A stretch of 63,384 nt of DNA, counting the filler, from Craspedostauros australis (lineage: Eukaryota): NCBI GenBank assembly GCA_030167865.1. It is 4 parts of 4 records of this genome, joined end to end, with 100 filler letters (N's around TTAATTAATTAA, not from the genome) between each part and the next. Parts side by side here need not be neighbours in the genome. Positions count along the whole stretch, not along the records: positions 1 to 31,974 come from JALAGF010005614.1; 3 more parts are not named here. One strand, written 5' to 3'. The notes beneath the pieces are model-generated. The model ran no database searches and was not told where the DNA came from. It was given only the letters and a program-made list of their open reading frames with translations. The position numbers and the translations under genes were made by a program. Position 1 is the stretch's first letter; each line of letters begins with the position of its first letter. Below are positions 1 through 10,508 of the stretch, one piece after another.

Positions 1-1240
1 CCATGTACTGACGGCTGGTGTGTTCGGGTATCATGTCTTGGCCACCATGGACGATGGTGACAGGGAAGGCGGCTTTGGAGAGGCGTCTTCGACATTCGGG
101 GATGTAGTCATGCTCCATACCCATGGACATGAAGGCAGCAAAGCAGGCCATGCCGCCGATCATGGACTTGTCAACCTTATCCATTGCCGCATTCACCTTT
201 GCCTCATTGCCATCAAAGTCCGCGCGGTAGTAGTGACGGCAGAAGTCGCACTGCCGTTGTCCCAAGGTTTCATCGGTTTCTTTCGGCAGGCTGCCAAAAT
301 CGAGATATCGCTTCATGAAGGCATCAAATTCATCGAGTATCGCAACGCTTGGCGGTGCCCCAGAAGTAGCATCCGTGTTCCCATCGTCGCTGCCTCCGTC
401 TTCCTCATCCACATTGCTTCGTTGCGAGATGACCACCAGCTTGCTGCGGATCATTTTGAATATGTCGCCGCTCTTCGATGGATCCTTGGCAGGCAGCTGC
501 AATACCGCGGCCGGGGCCATCAGTGTGAGAGATGCCACATGACTTGGAAATTCGGCTGCGTACATCGTGGCGAGGAAGCCGCCGAATGAATGCGCAACCA
601 AGTGAAGCTTCTCGACCTTGAGCCTGTCCTTGCGAATGCATTCCACATCTGCCAGCTGAGCCCCGATGCCCAATTCTTGCTCCAGTATCTTCATGCCAGG
701 CCACATTCCAGGAGTCGGAAACTTCGAGAATGGTCGCGTGGATTTGCCACACCCGCGGGCGTGGTAGAGATAGATCTCGTCGGCCACTGCGTCATCCTTG
801 GCGATGGCATCAAATAACTTCCATGGAACTGCAGGCGCAATCGCTGGACCTCCATGCATGCAGAGGATGGCAGAATGCGTCGTCATCTCTGCGCCCGACT
901 TTCTATTGGTTTGGTTGGGTGGAGGAGGTTGATTATCATGTCGTGTTGTCGAGCCAGAGAAGTAGAAGAGCTGGATACCATTGGGCATGGTCCAGATGTC
1001 TGGTGGACCGCCTGTGGCGGCACTGCTGTCGATGGCATCAACTTTCGGTGTCATACCTTGGCGTTCGCCCTGGTCTTGTTGTTGCTGCTGCTGCTGTTTG
1101 AACTGCTTTGACACCGAGCCCGGCACATACATGGGTCCTCGCATCTTCTTGTAGGCCCAGAAGATCAACGTTGTCACGCTTGCCACCCAGATCAAGGTCT
1201 GGATCAGCAGGCGCTGCATGGCCGGGTTGGATGATTCCAT
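1..1240 (-). CDS. Alpha/beta hydrolase, proline iminopeptidase-like (3' end runs off the window)
   Basis: Own translation; absent from the ORF track because no stop lies in the window. ATG at 1240, MESSNPAMQRLLIQTLIWVASVTTLIFWAYKK (N-terminal membrane anchor), oxyanion motif LCMHGGP, YHARGCGKS, nucleophile elbow VAHSFGG, acid motif IVHGGQD. The frame is open to position 1. Confidence 0.85.
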   Translation of the reverse strand, partial: MESSNPAMQRLLIQTLIWVASVTTLIFWAYKKMRGPMYVPGSVSKQFKQQQQQQQDQGERQGMTPKVDAIDSSAATGGPPDIWTMPNGIQLFYFSGSTTRHDNQPPPPNQTNRKSGAEMTTHSAILCMHGGPAIAPAVPWKLFDAIAKDDAVADEIYLYHARGCGKSTRPFSKFPTPGMWPGMKILEQELGIGAQLADVECIRKDRLKVEKLHLVAHSFGGFLATMYAAEFPSHVASLTLMAPAAVLQLPAKDPSKSGDIFKMIRSKLVVISQRSNVDEEDGGSDDGNTDATSGAPPSVAILDEFDAFMKRYLDFGSLPKETDETLGQRQCDFCRHYYRADFDGNEAKVNAAMDKVDKSMIGGMACFAAFMSMGMEHDYIPECRRRLSKAAFPVTIVHGGQDMIPEHTSRQYM

Positions 1241-2072
1241 GATTGGCGCAGTTCGAAGCTCGAATCAATGACGATGGGCGACTGGTAGGATGCATACAAA
1301 GCGACAGAAAGTAAGAACGAGAGTAGTTGGGTGGAGGGTAGCAACGGTTGAAAACAATGCCGATAGCATAGCCACAGCGATAGCGATGGCAATGATGATA
1401 ATCGTGATGAGAAAGTATGGTTAGAAGGTGCAGCAGTCTGGTCGTCTGGGTGGAAGAGGAAAGAAGGAAACAGAGATGCCTTGGTTCCAAACGTGGACCG
1501 TGGAAAGGATGTGTTCTCGAACGGGTGACATACCTGTGCGTAAGTATCCAATGCAACTGTACGTGCAGTGTTCTATAATACTATACTCCAGGATCCTGCT
1601 CTGTACGATCAAGGCTATGCGGTTGCTGTCGCCCACGATCAACATGCACTCTCTGACCCTTGGCGACCTCTGTCGATGCGACGATCGCAACAGGCCAACA
1701 GCGATGTCATTTGCTTTGTGGTGTTCGGTTCTGTGTTGACAAAGATCGAACACAACTGATTCGACGCGATGCGAACACGAACGATGAATCGATCTTCTCT
1801 TGACGCCTCTCGGTTCGGCCGTCCACTGCGCGGCTGGAATCGCATCGGGGGGATGTTGATTGCTTGATCAGTATAGAACTCTACGACAGCACTTTATGCA
1901 TCGATTGGCGTCACTGGCCATGAACTCCAAGGTATTGTTTGGCTGCGTCAACAACATGATACGTTGTATTGTGTTGTGCTGCATTACGTTGCGTTGTGGT
2001 GTATTGCGTCATGTCGTGGATCCCGTGGATGGCGTGGATACTGTGGATCCCGTGGCGACCTGATTCTCACCC

Positions 2073-3380
2073 TCAAGCAACCACAGCCGCTGCAGCTCCC
2101 GCGATCGACGTGCTATTCCTCTTTGCACTTGATGGATCCGACACCCGCACCGACTGAAACCCAAACACGGGCATACCATAATCATCCTTGTAGTATGCCT
2201 CCACCGCGTCTTCAACATCTGGCGTGTAGTATTCTCTCATCTTTTTGTCAGCCGATGTGGAATGGCCGATTGTGCCCGTGGCACCAAACATGACAGAAGC
2301 AGAGGTATTGGTTTGATTGGCACCCTCATCTTCAGCGCCCCAGCCTGACAGGCCGTACTCTTCCCACGCGTTTGCTTTGGACCCAATCACCAGGCCATCA
2401 AGTGAGATTTTATTGCGTTGCAAGATGGAAGGCTTGGGAAAGATGGTCTCGAGATTCGGGTGCAGCCTTTCCAACAGGCGCTTGGCATCTGTAGACTTGG
2501 ACTCTATGTGACCGACGAAGAAGTCGCTGATGCCGGCCTGATCCAATGATTCGAATGCCGAGAGGTACTTGGCTTCGATGCGTTGGCTCTGGGGCCTCCA
2601 GTGCTCTTCAGTGGGACAGTTCGCAGCGATATGGTCATAGAAGTTGCCGATGGAGGCCCTTGCCCTACCTAGACAGGTGCCTGACTTCGCTTCTGGTCCT
2701 TGGCATTTGCAGCACTTTTTGAGATGGAGACCGTTGCTCGCAACCGCCTTCTGCAGATACGCCGATAAGAATCGTTCCTTGGGATCTCTGACCCAGATGG
2801 CCTTCGTCCAATGCTGCAGGATGTGCTTTGCCTCTCTCAGAGAATATTCCGAGAGGTAGATCAATCCGTTCTGGGCTGGGTTGTGCACTGTGCTCTTCCA
2901 ATTTCGGTATCCCATCATTCGACGGAAGAGCTGCTTCCAGACCGTGCATCCTATCTTTGGCGTGGTGAAGAAGACGAGCTTGTAGTGGGGAATGACGATC
3001 GGGCTTTCGTTGAACACACGAGCCATCATCCTGTCCGCCCTAGAAACATTGAAGTTGAAGTTGGGATTGAGATGGACGTTGGTGTTGGCGCTTGACAGCG
3101 ATGCTGATGCTGATGGTGGTAGCGACGATGGTGGTAGCGACGATGGTGACTGCGACGGCGCCACAAAGTACGAGTGACTTCTCGACAGTATCGAATCCGC
3201 TTGCGGCAAATTCTCACTCTCACTCATGCGATGGTTCTGCAGAGACCCGGTCTGCGGTGCGATGGTCATATGAGAGATCGCAAGGGCAACGAGAGACCAC
3301 GCGATGGCGATTCTGATTCGCGCCATCGACGACCCCTTTTGATATCCACCTGGTATCTTCATCTTGTTTGGCATGAGCAT
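2073..3380 (-). CDS. Carbohydrate sulfotransferase (Sulfotransfer_2 / CHST-type), type II membrane protein
   Basis: N-terminal signal-anchor RIRIAIAWSLVALAI, Ser/Pro stem, 5'-PSB motif TPKIGCTVWK, 3'-PB motif VRDPKERFLSAY, HWRPQ, C-terminal YYKDDY. Confidence 0.9.
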   Translation of the reverse strand: MLMPNKMKIPGGYQKGSSMARIRIAIAWSLVALAISHMTIAPQTGSLQNHRMSESENLPQADSILSRSHSYFVAPSQSPSSLPPSSLPPSASASLSSANTNVHLNPNFNFNVSRADRMMARVFNESPIVIPHYKLVFFTTPKIGCTVWKQLFRRMMGYRNWKSTVHNPAQNGLIYLSEYSLREAKHILQHWTKAIWVRDPKERFLSAYLQKAVASNGLHLKKCCKCQGPEAKSGTCLGRARASIGNFYDHIAANCPTEEHWRPQSQRIEAKYLSAFESLDQAGISDFFVGHIESKSTDAKRLLERLHPNLETIFPKPSILQRNKISLDGLVIGSKANAWEEYGLSGWGAEDEGANQTNTSASVMFGATGTIGHSTSADKKMREYYTPDVEDAVEAYYKDDYGMPVFGFQSVRVSDPSSAKRNSTSIAGAAAAVVA

Positions 3381-3779
3381 GGCGCGTGTTAGTTTCTGCG
3401 CTGGTGAAGAGGTGCAGCACGAGCTATGATACTCTATTTTATTGGTACATATAATAGGTCGTCATGCGCATAGCCGTAATATAAATGAGTATGACACGAG
3501 CAAGATCGAAGAGTCTGAGTGTTGGCCATTTTGGTGTTCTGCGTTGTCTTGTCTCCTGCAAGGCACGGGAGTTCTGTTGAAACCGCAACGCACAGGAATT
3601 CCGTTGAAACTGCAAGGCACAGGAAAATCGCCGAAAGTGTGTGTGGGAATGGACGTCTGTCCTCCACCCCACCCATCCCGTGTTCGACACTGTCTCCAAT
3701 GCGGACAAGTCAATGCCAACACCACAATCTTCCATGGTGGAGCAATACGTAGACGTTATATACGTTATAACAAGAATCG

Positions 3780-3835
3780 CTACTTTCATCGAACCTTGAT
3801 TAGTTTCGTCGAACCTTGATTAGTTTCATTGAATG
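3780..3835 (+). repeat. Left subterminal array, ~3 copies of the 20-bp unit TTAGTTTCRTCGAACCTTGA
   Basis: tactttcatcgaaccttgat-tagtttcgtcgaaccttgat-tagtttcattgaatg read directly. Confidence 0.85.
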
Positions 3836-4056
3836 TTCGCTGGGGTCCTATGATTCGTGTCTGGACGCATGTGCTGATTCTGCCACGTTTGAACCTCCAT
3901 TCTGGCAACGACGAAATCAGGCGCATAATGAGCCAAACGTGCTCACAACAACAAATGCTTGCCCATGCAATGTGACACAATCAATAAACATGCCACAATC
4001 AGTAGAAGCAGGATTCGAGATACATCGTCCACAGGACGACTGTTGCTATCGTTATA

Positions 4057-4645
4057 TTAGCGCTTTGCGTTCTGATTGTCCTTTCTGCGTTGCTGCCAAT
4101 ACAAAGACTCGTATTTCGATCGTTTTGCTGCATGAAAGTGCTTCCGAAATTGCTCCATTGGGAATTCCTGATAGCATGGCCGCTTTTGATATAGTTGCTT
4201 GGGTGAAAGAGACTTCAAGAGTTCATCTTTGAAGTCACTTCTCATTGCATTCTGAGCCTCGGAACCATCCCATCTCAGCTTGCCTCTTGGCATCGAAGTA
4301 GTTGCCATATTGCGGAAAGCAGTGAGTGCCTTCTCTGCTTCCATGGCATCTTCCTCGTGCTTCTTCCACTTTTTTCGGAGGCGATTCAAGTTGTTGCGGA
4401 AGTTGGTGTACTTCACATTGGAGAAGTCAGCATATCTTTTGTATATTTCCTTGGGCTTCATCTCCTTTGTGATAGCCCCTGGCTTGAGCTCCTCCTCCAA
4501 TATCTTTTTTGGCATCAGACCATGTGAATAGCATATTGCTTTCTTTTTGACTATGATGCTGCTGATGATGCTGATGATGCTGACAATGCTGATGTTGATG
4601 CTGATGCCGACGCTGATGCTGATGTGGAGCTGGTGCCTTCGCCAA
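4057..4645 (-). pseudogene. Transposon accessory gene B: basic protein with two tandem helical repeats (putative DNA-binding), frameshifted
   Basis: Two related units: (W)SDAKKILEEELKPG..MKPKEIYKRYADFSNVKYTNFRNNL and WDGSEAQNAMRSDFKD..LSPKQLYQKRPCYQEFPMEQFRKHF. One extra A in the A6 run (T-run at ~4505-4510 on +) separates WSDAKK from KILEEEL. The upstream low-complexity part is decayed. Confidence 0.6.
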
Positions 4646-5389
4646 TGCAGTTGCAGGTATTGTTTCTCAGACTACTGCGAATGCTGGTGTGCAAGGGCTT
4701 GTGTGCCAATGCCATTGGTGCTCGCGATGCTGGAGCTGTTGTGTGGCTGCTGTTGCTGCGATTGTGAATGTTGTTTCAGGTGTTGGAGTATGCGCTGCTG
4801 TGGATGATTGTGTGCCAATTGAAGCTGTTGTGAGTGACAGCTGTGGATGCTGTTTCTGATGCTGTTCCGAGTCCACAGCGCCACGGTGTTGACGTTACGG
4901 ATGACAGACAAGTTGCTCCCCTCCCTGACTTGCGGCCATCCTCTTCAACTGGGTCAGCGGTGTTGCCACCAGTCTCGCTGCCATGGCGTTCTTTGCTGTT
5001 GCCTTGGTTGATTCTGTTGCTGGGCGTTCGGAAATGATGTGTATTGATTGATCAATTGATCAATTGTTGGTTGCCGTTGCCAGCATTGTCCCCAGTGTCA
5101 TGTGTGTTTGCCATTGGTGTTGCAGGGATCGTCTGTTGTTCTGAATTGGTTGTATTGCGGCTTTGCTTGTCATCGACTGTCGTTGTTTGTGTGAGAATTT
5201 TGGAGTTCCGTGTGTGTCATTGTCTGCGCTCGTGCGCAAAGTATCGCCGACGATTCGAATCCACGACACCATCCCACAAAGATGTCGACGGTGGTTCAGA
5301 AATCTTCGACCGGTCTTGCGAGTTCGCCCAAATCACGAGACGTGGGTTCGGCATTATTTTGTCGTCACAAAACGAAGCAACAAGCAACC

Positions 5390-7323
5390 ATGAACAAACC
5401 AACCACCACCAACACCACGCCCAGCACTCCAGCTCAGCGTGCCATCTGCAAACCGCCTTCCTCCCGCTCAAATTTGAAATCGATGGGACCGGAAGTCGAC
5501 ATCGCCATCTTGGACTTCCTCCTTGGTGCAAATCGCTTCGATAAATTCAAGCTGCACTGCGATCAATTTGAGCATCTCCTCGGCAAGGCCGGTTCTGCAT
5601 AGCGAAAAGCTTGCAGAAAACACAAATACTATCTTCAAAAGTATCTCGACAAGGCAGGGCTGCAGGCATTGCGCAAGGTGCAGTGACAAGCATTGGGTGA
5701 AACCGATCCCAATGCACCATGGGCATCAACGCCCCCTGCCAAATCAAAAACGAAGAGTCTCACAACACCATCAACCTCAACAATGGCATCAACATCAACA
5801 TCCACACTCTCGCCACAGCGACGACGCAAGATTCTCTTTTCCGCCGAAGCCGAGATGACGACCAATGACGAAACCAGCACCACCATCTCCAAAACGAAGA
5901 AGGCGAGCACTATGGCATTGACCTCAACCATCCATTCCATCATGTGGAGAACATGATGATCTACCAGATGGATGATGTCATCCAGGAGGGTAGATCTTTT
6001 GACTGCCTCATCATCCACAAGCTGTTTGTCAACAAGGATGACATTGATCAGATCAAAGCATCCATCTGTGACAAGGGTACCTGCATCAAGATCCAAGAGC
6101 CAGCCATCCCATTGTTGATGCTGGAAACCAGCACAGATGCAATGTTTATGCAGCAAAAGGGAGCTCCTGATGGCAATCTCACACGCGAGAAGCTCCTTTT
6201 CCATAAGCTGGTTAACCGTGAAACCACAAAGGGAGTTGGCCTCAAGTACACCTACTTCCATTGCCCAGATGGAATGACCCTGAGTGCTAACTTCTTCCAG
6301 AATGAAGTTGAGTGCCTCACCAAGACATACTGTCCAACGCCAAAAGGTGTTGGTCCACAAGGCAACGAATGCCCAGCTCAAGATCCCAACAAATGTGGTG
6401 TGCTGGAGAGTTGCAATCGCTGGATTTCACAGCAAGGTCGGGCTGTGCAACCCCAACACCGACAACGTCGATGATGCATTCTTTGGGATGCTTTCTAGCA
6501 CTGGTGAGTAGCCATGGAAGCAGCCCAATTCAATTGACTTGTTTTGCCATTGATCATGATGCAATCACATCTAATCCGCACTACTCTAGAGTACTCACTA
6601 TCATTTCACCGATCATTGTCTCTCCTTTCGCCATTCTGTGTCCGAGCAATTGATGATGTAGCAAACCTGACTATCAAAACAGGCGGCGTGGACAAAATGG
6701 ACGTCGACAGCTCTCCCACCCCATCCACAGTCCCTTCGAGCAGCAACAGCAGCAGCACGCCCCTGCCAGGAACAGGAGTGACATGTGTGATCGTACCTCC
6801 AAAGATCGAAAGAATCTCCAAAGTGGTGAACGCTCCAACCGCTCCAAAGGCCAACAGCAAGTTCGGAGTGGTGAACATTCCAAGCCCACCACACACTAAC
6901 CCGGCGATCCATGGTGCGAATGCGGGTGAGATGACCTTCCCAGATGCTCCAGGGTCCGCATTGCAAGTCCCTCTCCCCGGTCAAGACAGCTTTGATGGGC
7001 TCAACTTTCTGGATGTTCCAGCATCCATGTTGGATACTCCTGCTCCAAACCAACTTGCCTTGGCCATGGCTGCACCAACCCTCGTCCGCGAACCTATTGC
7101 TTGTTCTGTTCCTCCCGCTCCAAATGCCCTCGCGGTTCACAGCAACGATACCATCATGGGTGATCAAGGGCATCACCTGAAGCGAGCGATTTCGGACATT
7201 GGCGTATGCTCACCAAAGAAGTTGAAGCCTGCAGAGGATGCAGCTCTTGATCAATTGAACCAGGAGGAGCCATCTGCCCATGACTTTGATGAAGATGATC
7301 CTCTCAATGCCTACTTCTCTTAG
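5390..7323 (+). pseudogene. Transposon accessory gene C, unknown function; stops, frameshifts and a probable intron
   Basis: The frame from ATG 5390 (MNKPTT...VDIAILDFLLGANRFDKFK) continues through in-frame stops at 5600 and 5684. It is followed by globular-looking segments 5944-6330 and 6284-6503 (VVCWRVAIAG), a GTGAGT donor at ~6504, and a Pro/Ser-rich last segment ending at 7323. Confidence 0.5.
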
Positions 7324-7404
7324 ATATCACACTACTGATACGTTTCATGAAACCACCAACACATACGAGTGTTCTAGTAAGTTGAAGAGTATGTCAGTAT
7401 TTAC

Positions 7405-9253
7405 TTAAATTTCGAATATAGGATGACCATTATCTAATTCGTACTGTATCAATACACAGCAGGCTTTGAAGACACACTAATGTTTGCCAAGATCGTTTCT
7501 ATAATCATGGACGAGAGCCTTGAAGTTCTTGATCCTTCCATTGAAGCTCTCATGTCGAGCCCTTGCCCTATTCTTGAATTTTTTCACCGCAGCAGAATCC
7601 ATTGGGTTTGGTGCACTGATGGTTGGCTTGTTTTGATAGCCGCCATCAGCAATGACCATTCCTCCTGATGGCAGTTTGCTCTTGAGGCCATCAGGTTTGC
7701 GATACATCACCAGATCCGATGTAGAAGCAGGGAAGGGACCATTGATCCAGACGAGCTTGCTGTCTGCTAGCAAGATTCCAAGCTCATAGGTGAGCCCTGC
7801 TGAGTGGGACTTGTGGCTATACCACTTTGTCCTGGGGTCTGTTCTTGGTTCGTGAATCTTGATGTGGACACCATCGACACTGATGAGGAAGTGCTTGTCG
7901 TCCGCAGTGAGCTTCATATTTTGTGGAGGCCAAATGACCTGAGAGAAGGAAATAAAAAAGAAATGAAGTGCAACAGAAGACTGTGTCAGGATAGAACATG
8001 AAGCAAAGTGGCATTGATGTGTGCACAGTGGCTTACCTTTCTTGGAAGCAAGGCTTGGATCGCTGGTAAATATGACCAGATGAGAGACCGAATTGTCTTC
8101 TCATCCGAGCCCCAATGCCCTGCCATGTCGTGCTCCGTACTGTAGGCTTTGAGCCAGTTCAGAACAATGAATGTATCATAGGGTTGCGGGTTCTTGACTT
8201 TGTGTGCTGTCTTGATGTTGAATAGATCAACAAAGAGACAGCCAAAGCTCTCTGGACTCAAGCGTACATTGCTGAAAATCGATTCTGTTTGGTTCGTTCT
8301 GCCATGTTGGTTTGCCGAAAGCCAGCATATTGAAACCCAAGCTCCAGAATATCAGCACTTGACAAGAAGTCAATTTCAGTTGTGTTGTTGGATGCTTCAT
8401 TGTGGGGTGGCTGATTGATGAAGTGATCATCTTGTTGATTGCCTTGGCTGATACCTTGGTTGGTTGGTTGCCTTGCAGGCCTTCCCCTTTGTTGCATATT
8501 TGGTTGATTGGCTGTATTGGTTGGTTGATTGGGTTGGCTGGCTGGCTGGTTGCTTGGTTGGTTGGTTGGTTGCTTCACTGGCCTGCTCCTTGGCTGCGCG
8601 CCTTTCTGGTTGCCTGTATCAGTTGGTTGATTGGTTGCCTTGCTGGTTGCTTGGTTGGCTGGTTGCCTTGCTGGCCTGCCCCTCCATTGTACGTTTGTTT
8701 GATTGCCTGCATCGGCTGGTTGGTTGGTTGCCTGGTTGCCTCGCAGGCCTTCCCCTTTGTTTCATATTTGGTTGATTGCTTGTATCGGTTGGGTGATTGG
8801 CTTGGCTGATTGCTTGGTTGATTGTCTGCTTTGCTGGCCTGCTCCTCAGCTTCGCGCTTTTCTGCTTGCCTGTATCAGTTGGTTGGTTGGTTGGTTGCCT
8901 TGCTGGTTGCTTGGTTGGCCAGTTGCCTCATGGGCTTGCCCTTCCGCTCCATTTTTGACTGATTGCCTTCACTGGTAGCTCGGTTGATCAGTTGCCTTGC
9001 TGGTCTGCCTCTGCATTGCATGCTTGGCTGATCGTTGTTGTTGTTTGGTTGAATGCGTGGGCTGGTTCTTGTTCTCCATCTCCCGTTTGCGTAGTCGGCT
9101 GCGAAGCGGAGTGATGTGACGGGGATGGCGAGTGCTTGGCTGCATGTTGATGTTCATCATGTTGTCATTGTTTTGGAACAGTGATTCATTGCATTTCGTT
9201 GCAGTGGCTGACGTTGAGTCTTGACACGATTTTCTGAGTCTTGTTTTCCTCAT
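7405..9253 (-). pseudogene. DDE superfamily (DDE_Tnp_4, PIF/Harbinger/ISL2EU-type) transposase pseudogene with one intron
   Basis: Catalytic motifs ISVDGVH, WYSHK..GLTYE, WINGPFPA..SD, IADGGY, RARHESFNGR. HTH-like exon FIVLNWLKAYSTEHDMAGHWGSDEKTIR. Phase-0 GT-AG intron 7939-8036. 1-bp frameshift near 8261 (MYA*/LSPESF). Premature TAG at 7477-7479 is followed in frame by CVFKACCVLIQYELDNGHPIFEI* (stop 7405-7407). The 5' start (9253) is tentative. Confidence 0.88.
8450..9000. repeat. Degenerate ~260-bp tandem duplication built on TTGG/CTGG-rich subunits in the transposase 5' region
   Basis: gcaggccttcccctttgttgcatatttggttgatt (~8475) recurs at ~8742; ggcctgctcc...gcctgtatcagttggttg (~8580) recurs at ~8836. 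On the minus strand it reads as QPTN/QPAS repeats. Confidence 0.8.
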
Positions 9254-9270
9254 TCAGTCTTGGTCCAGCA

Positions 9271-9390
9271 TTAGTTTCATCGAAACATTGTTAGTTTCAT
9301 TGAAACGTTATTAGTTCCATCGAATCATCATTAGTTTCGTTGAGTTGTTATTAGTTTCGTCGAAACGTTGTTAGTTTCATCGAATCAATT
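9271..9390 (+). repeat. Right subterminal array, 6 copies of the 20-bp unit TTAGTTTCRTCGAAACRTTR with a palindromic core
   Basis: Six consecutive 20-nt units begin ttagtt at 9271, 9291, 9311, 9331, 9351 and 9371. The core GTTTCG-T-CGAAAC is an inverted repeat. Confidence 0.92.
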
Positions 9391-10508
9391 ACATGTGATT
9401 ACAGTTCTCTTTTTGAAATATTAACGTTATAGACGTTATGTATTGACCAATGCGTTGATCGATTGAGTCGAAGGATGCCATGGCTTCGGCTGTCCACAGC
9501 AAATGGTCATAGTAGTCGATGACGTTCGAAGTTGTGTTTCGACGAATTTCTCGTGCCTTGCTGACATTCGAGCGCACTTGACCAAGACGACCACTCCAGA
9601 AATACAATCACTATTCGACTACAGCGACTACTATGTTCAACCAAGATGTGTCCGGTGGCGTACGATTGCATCCGGGACTGCTGGTTTGTCTCTGAGTACC
9701 AGTTTCAACAAAATTCTCGTGTCTTGCTGTGGGAGACGAGACCGCAATCGCCTCTGTTTCTCACGCTTTGCATCCTGAGCACGCAAGCCAGCCAGACTCA
9801 ATCTCGATCGAGCGAGTCAACCGGCGCGTGCCAATTTTTGCGCGTCGCCGCCTTTTCTGTTGTTCGGACCCGTGATTTGGCACGCGCGGGGACACAAGGA
9901 CACCTCTGCTATATCCCGAGACAGCGAACAACAACACTGTCTGTTGATCAACTGCGATTGGATCTCGACATTAAGTGAAGACGTCTGGCACACGTTAATT
10001 GAATCGCATTCGGCCACTCATCGGCGCTCGTCGCAAGTGGTGGGAGTTGTGACTTCTCCGATCTCGTCGTTCTCTCGTGGAACATGGTGATACAGACGCA
10101 AGCCACAAAATGAGGTCGATGGGTGAACCGGTGAAAGCCAACACGAAGACGAATTGCGACGGCGACGACGTGTGTCGAAGCGGTGAGGGTGTGTTGGTGG
10201 CAATCATTCGACACTTGGTCATGCGAGTGTTGAGAGTGACCTCTCGTTGGCGGCATGATCACCATTACAAGTGCGCGATCTTCGCACCAGACGACGACAC
10301 ATGTTAACTGGTGGCTCGTGCGGGCAACTCTACTCGATGGGTGCTGGAGACAAAATTTCATTCCTCATAAAGTCCAAAAGAGCAGAATCTGAAAGTATTC
10401 TACTATTATTGTCCACAATCACACAATCACACTAACAACTCTGCAAACAACTCTGCCAACATCCTCAACTCTCTGTAGGAAGCAACAGAAGACGACAACG
10501 ACCACTCC

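Larger units (their letters stand above)
3747..9441. mobile_element. Decayed PIF/Harbinger (ISL2EU-like) DNA transposon with three internal genes
   Basis: Contains a DDE_Tnp_4-type transposase pseudogene and two other disrupted ORFs. The same 20-bp repeat family lies at both ends (3780-3835 and 9271-9390). Ends are imperfect inverted (CAATACGTAGACGTTATATACGTTA vs TAACGTTATAGACGTTATGTATTG), consistent with a 2-bp AT or TA duplication. Boundaries are uncertain by a few bp. Confidence 0.75.

Noticed and set aside
9271..9390. Palindromic regularly spaced repeats as a CRISPR array
   Set aside because: The units are contiguous 20-mers without unique spacers, there are no cas genes, the context is eukaryotic, and the same unit marks the other end of a transposon.
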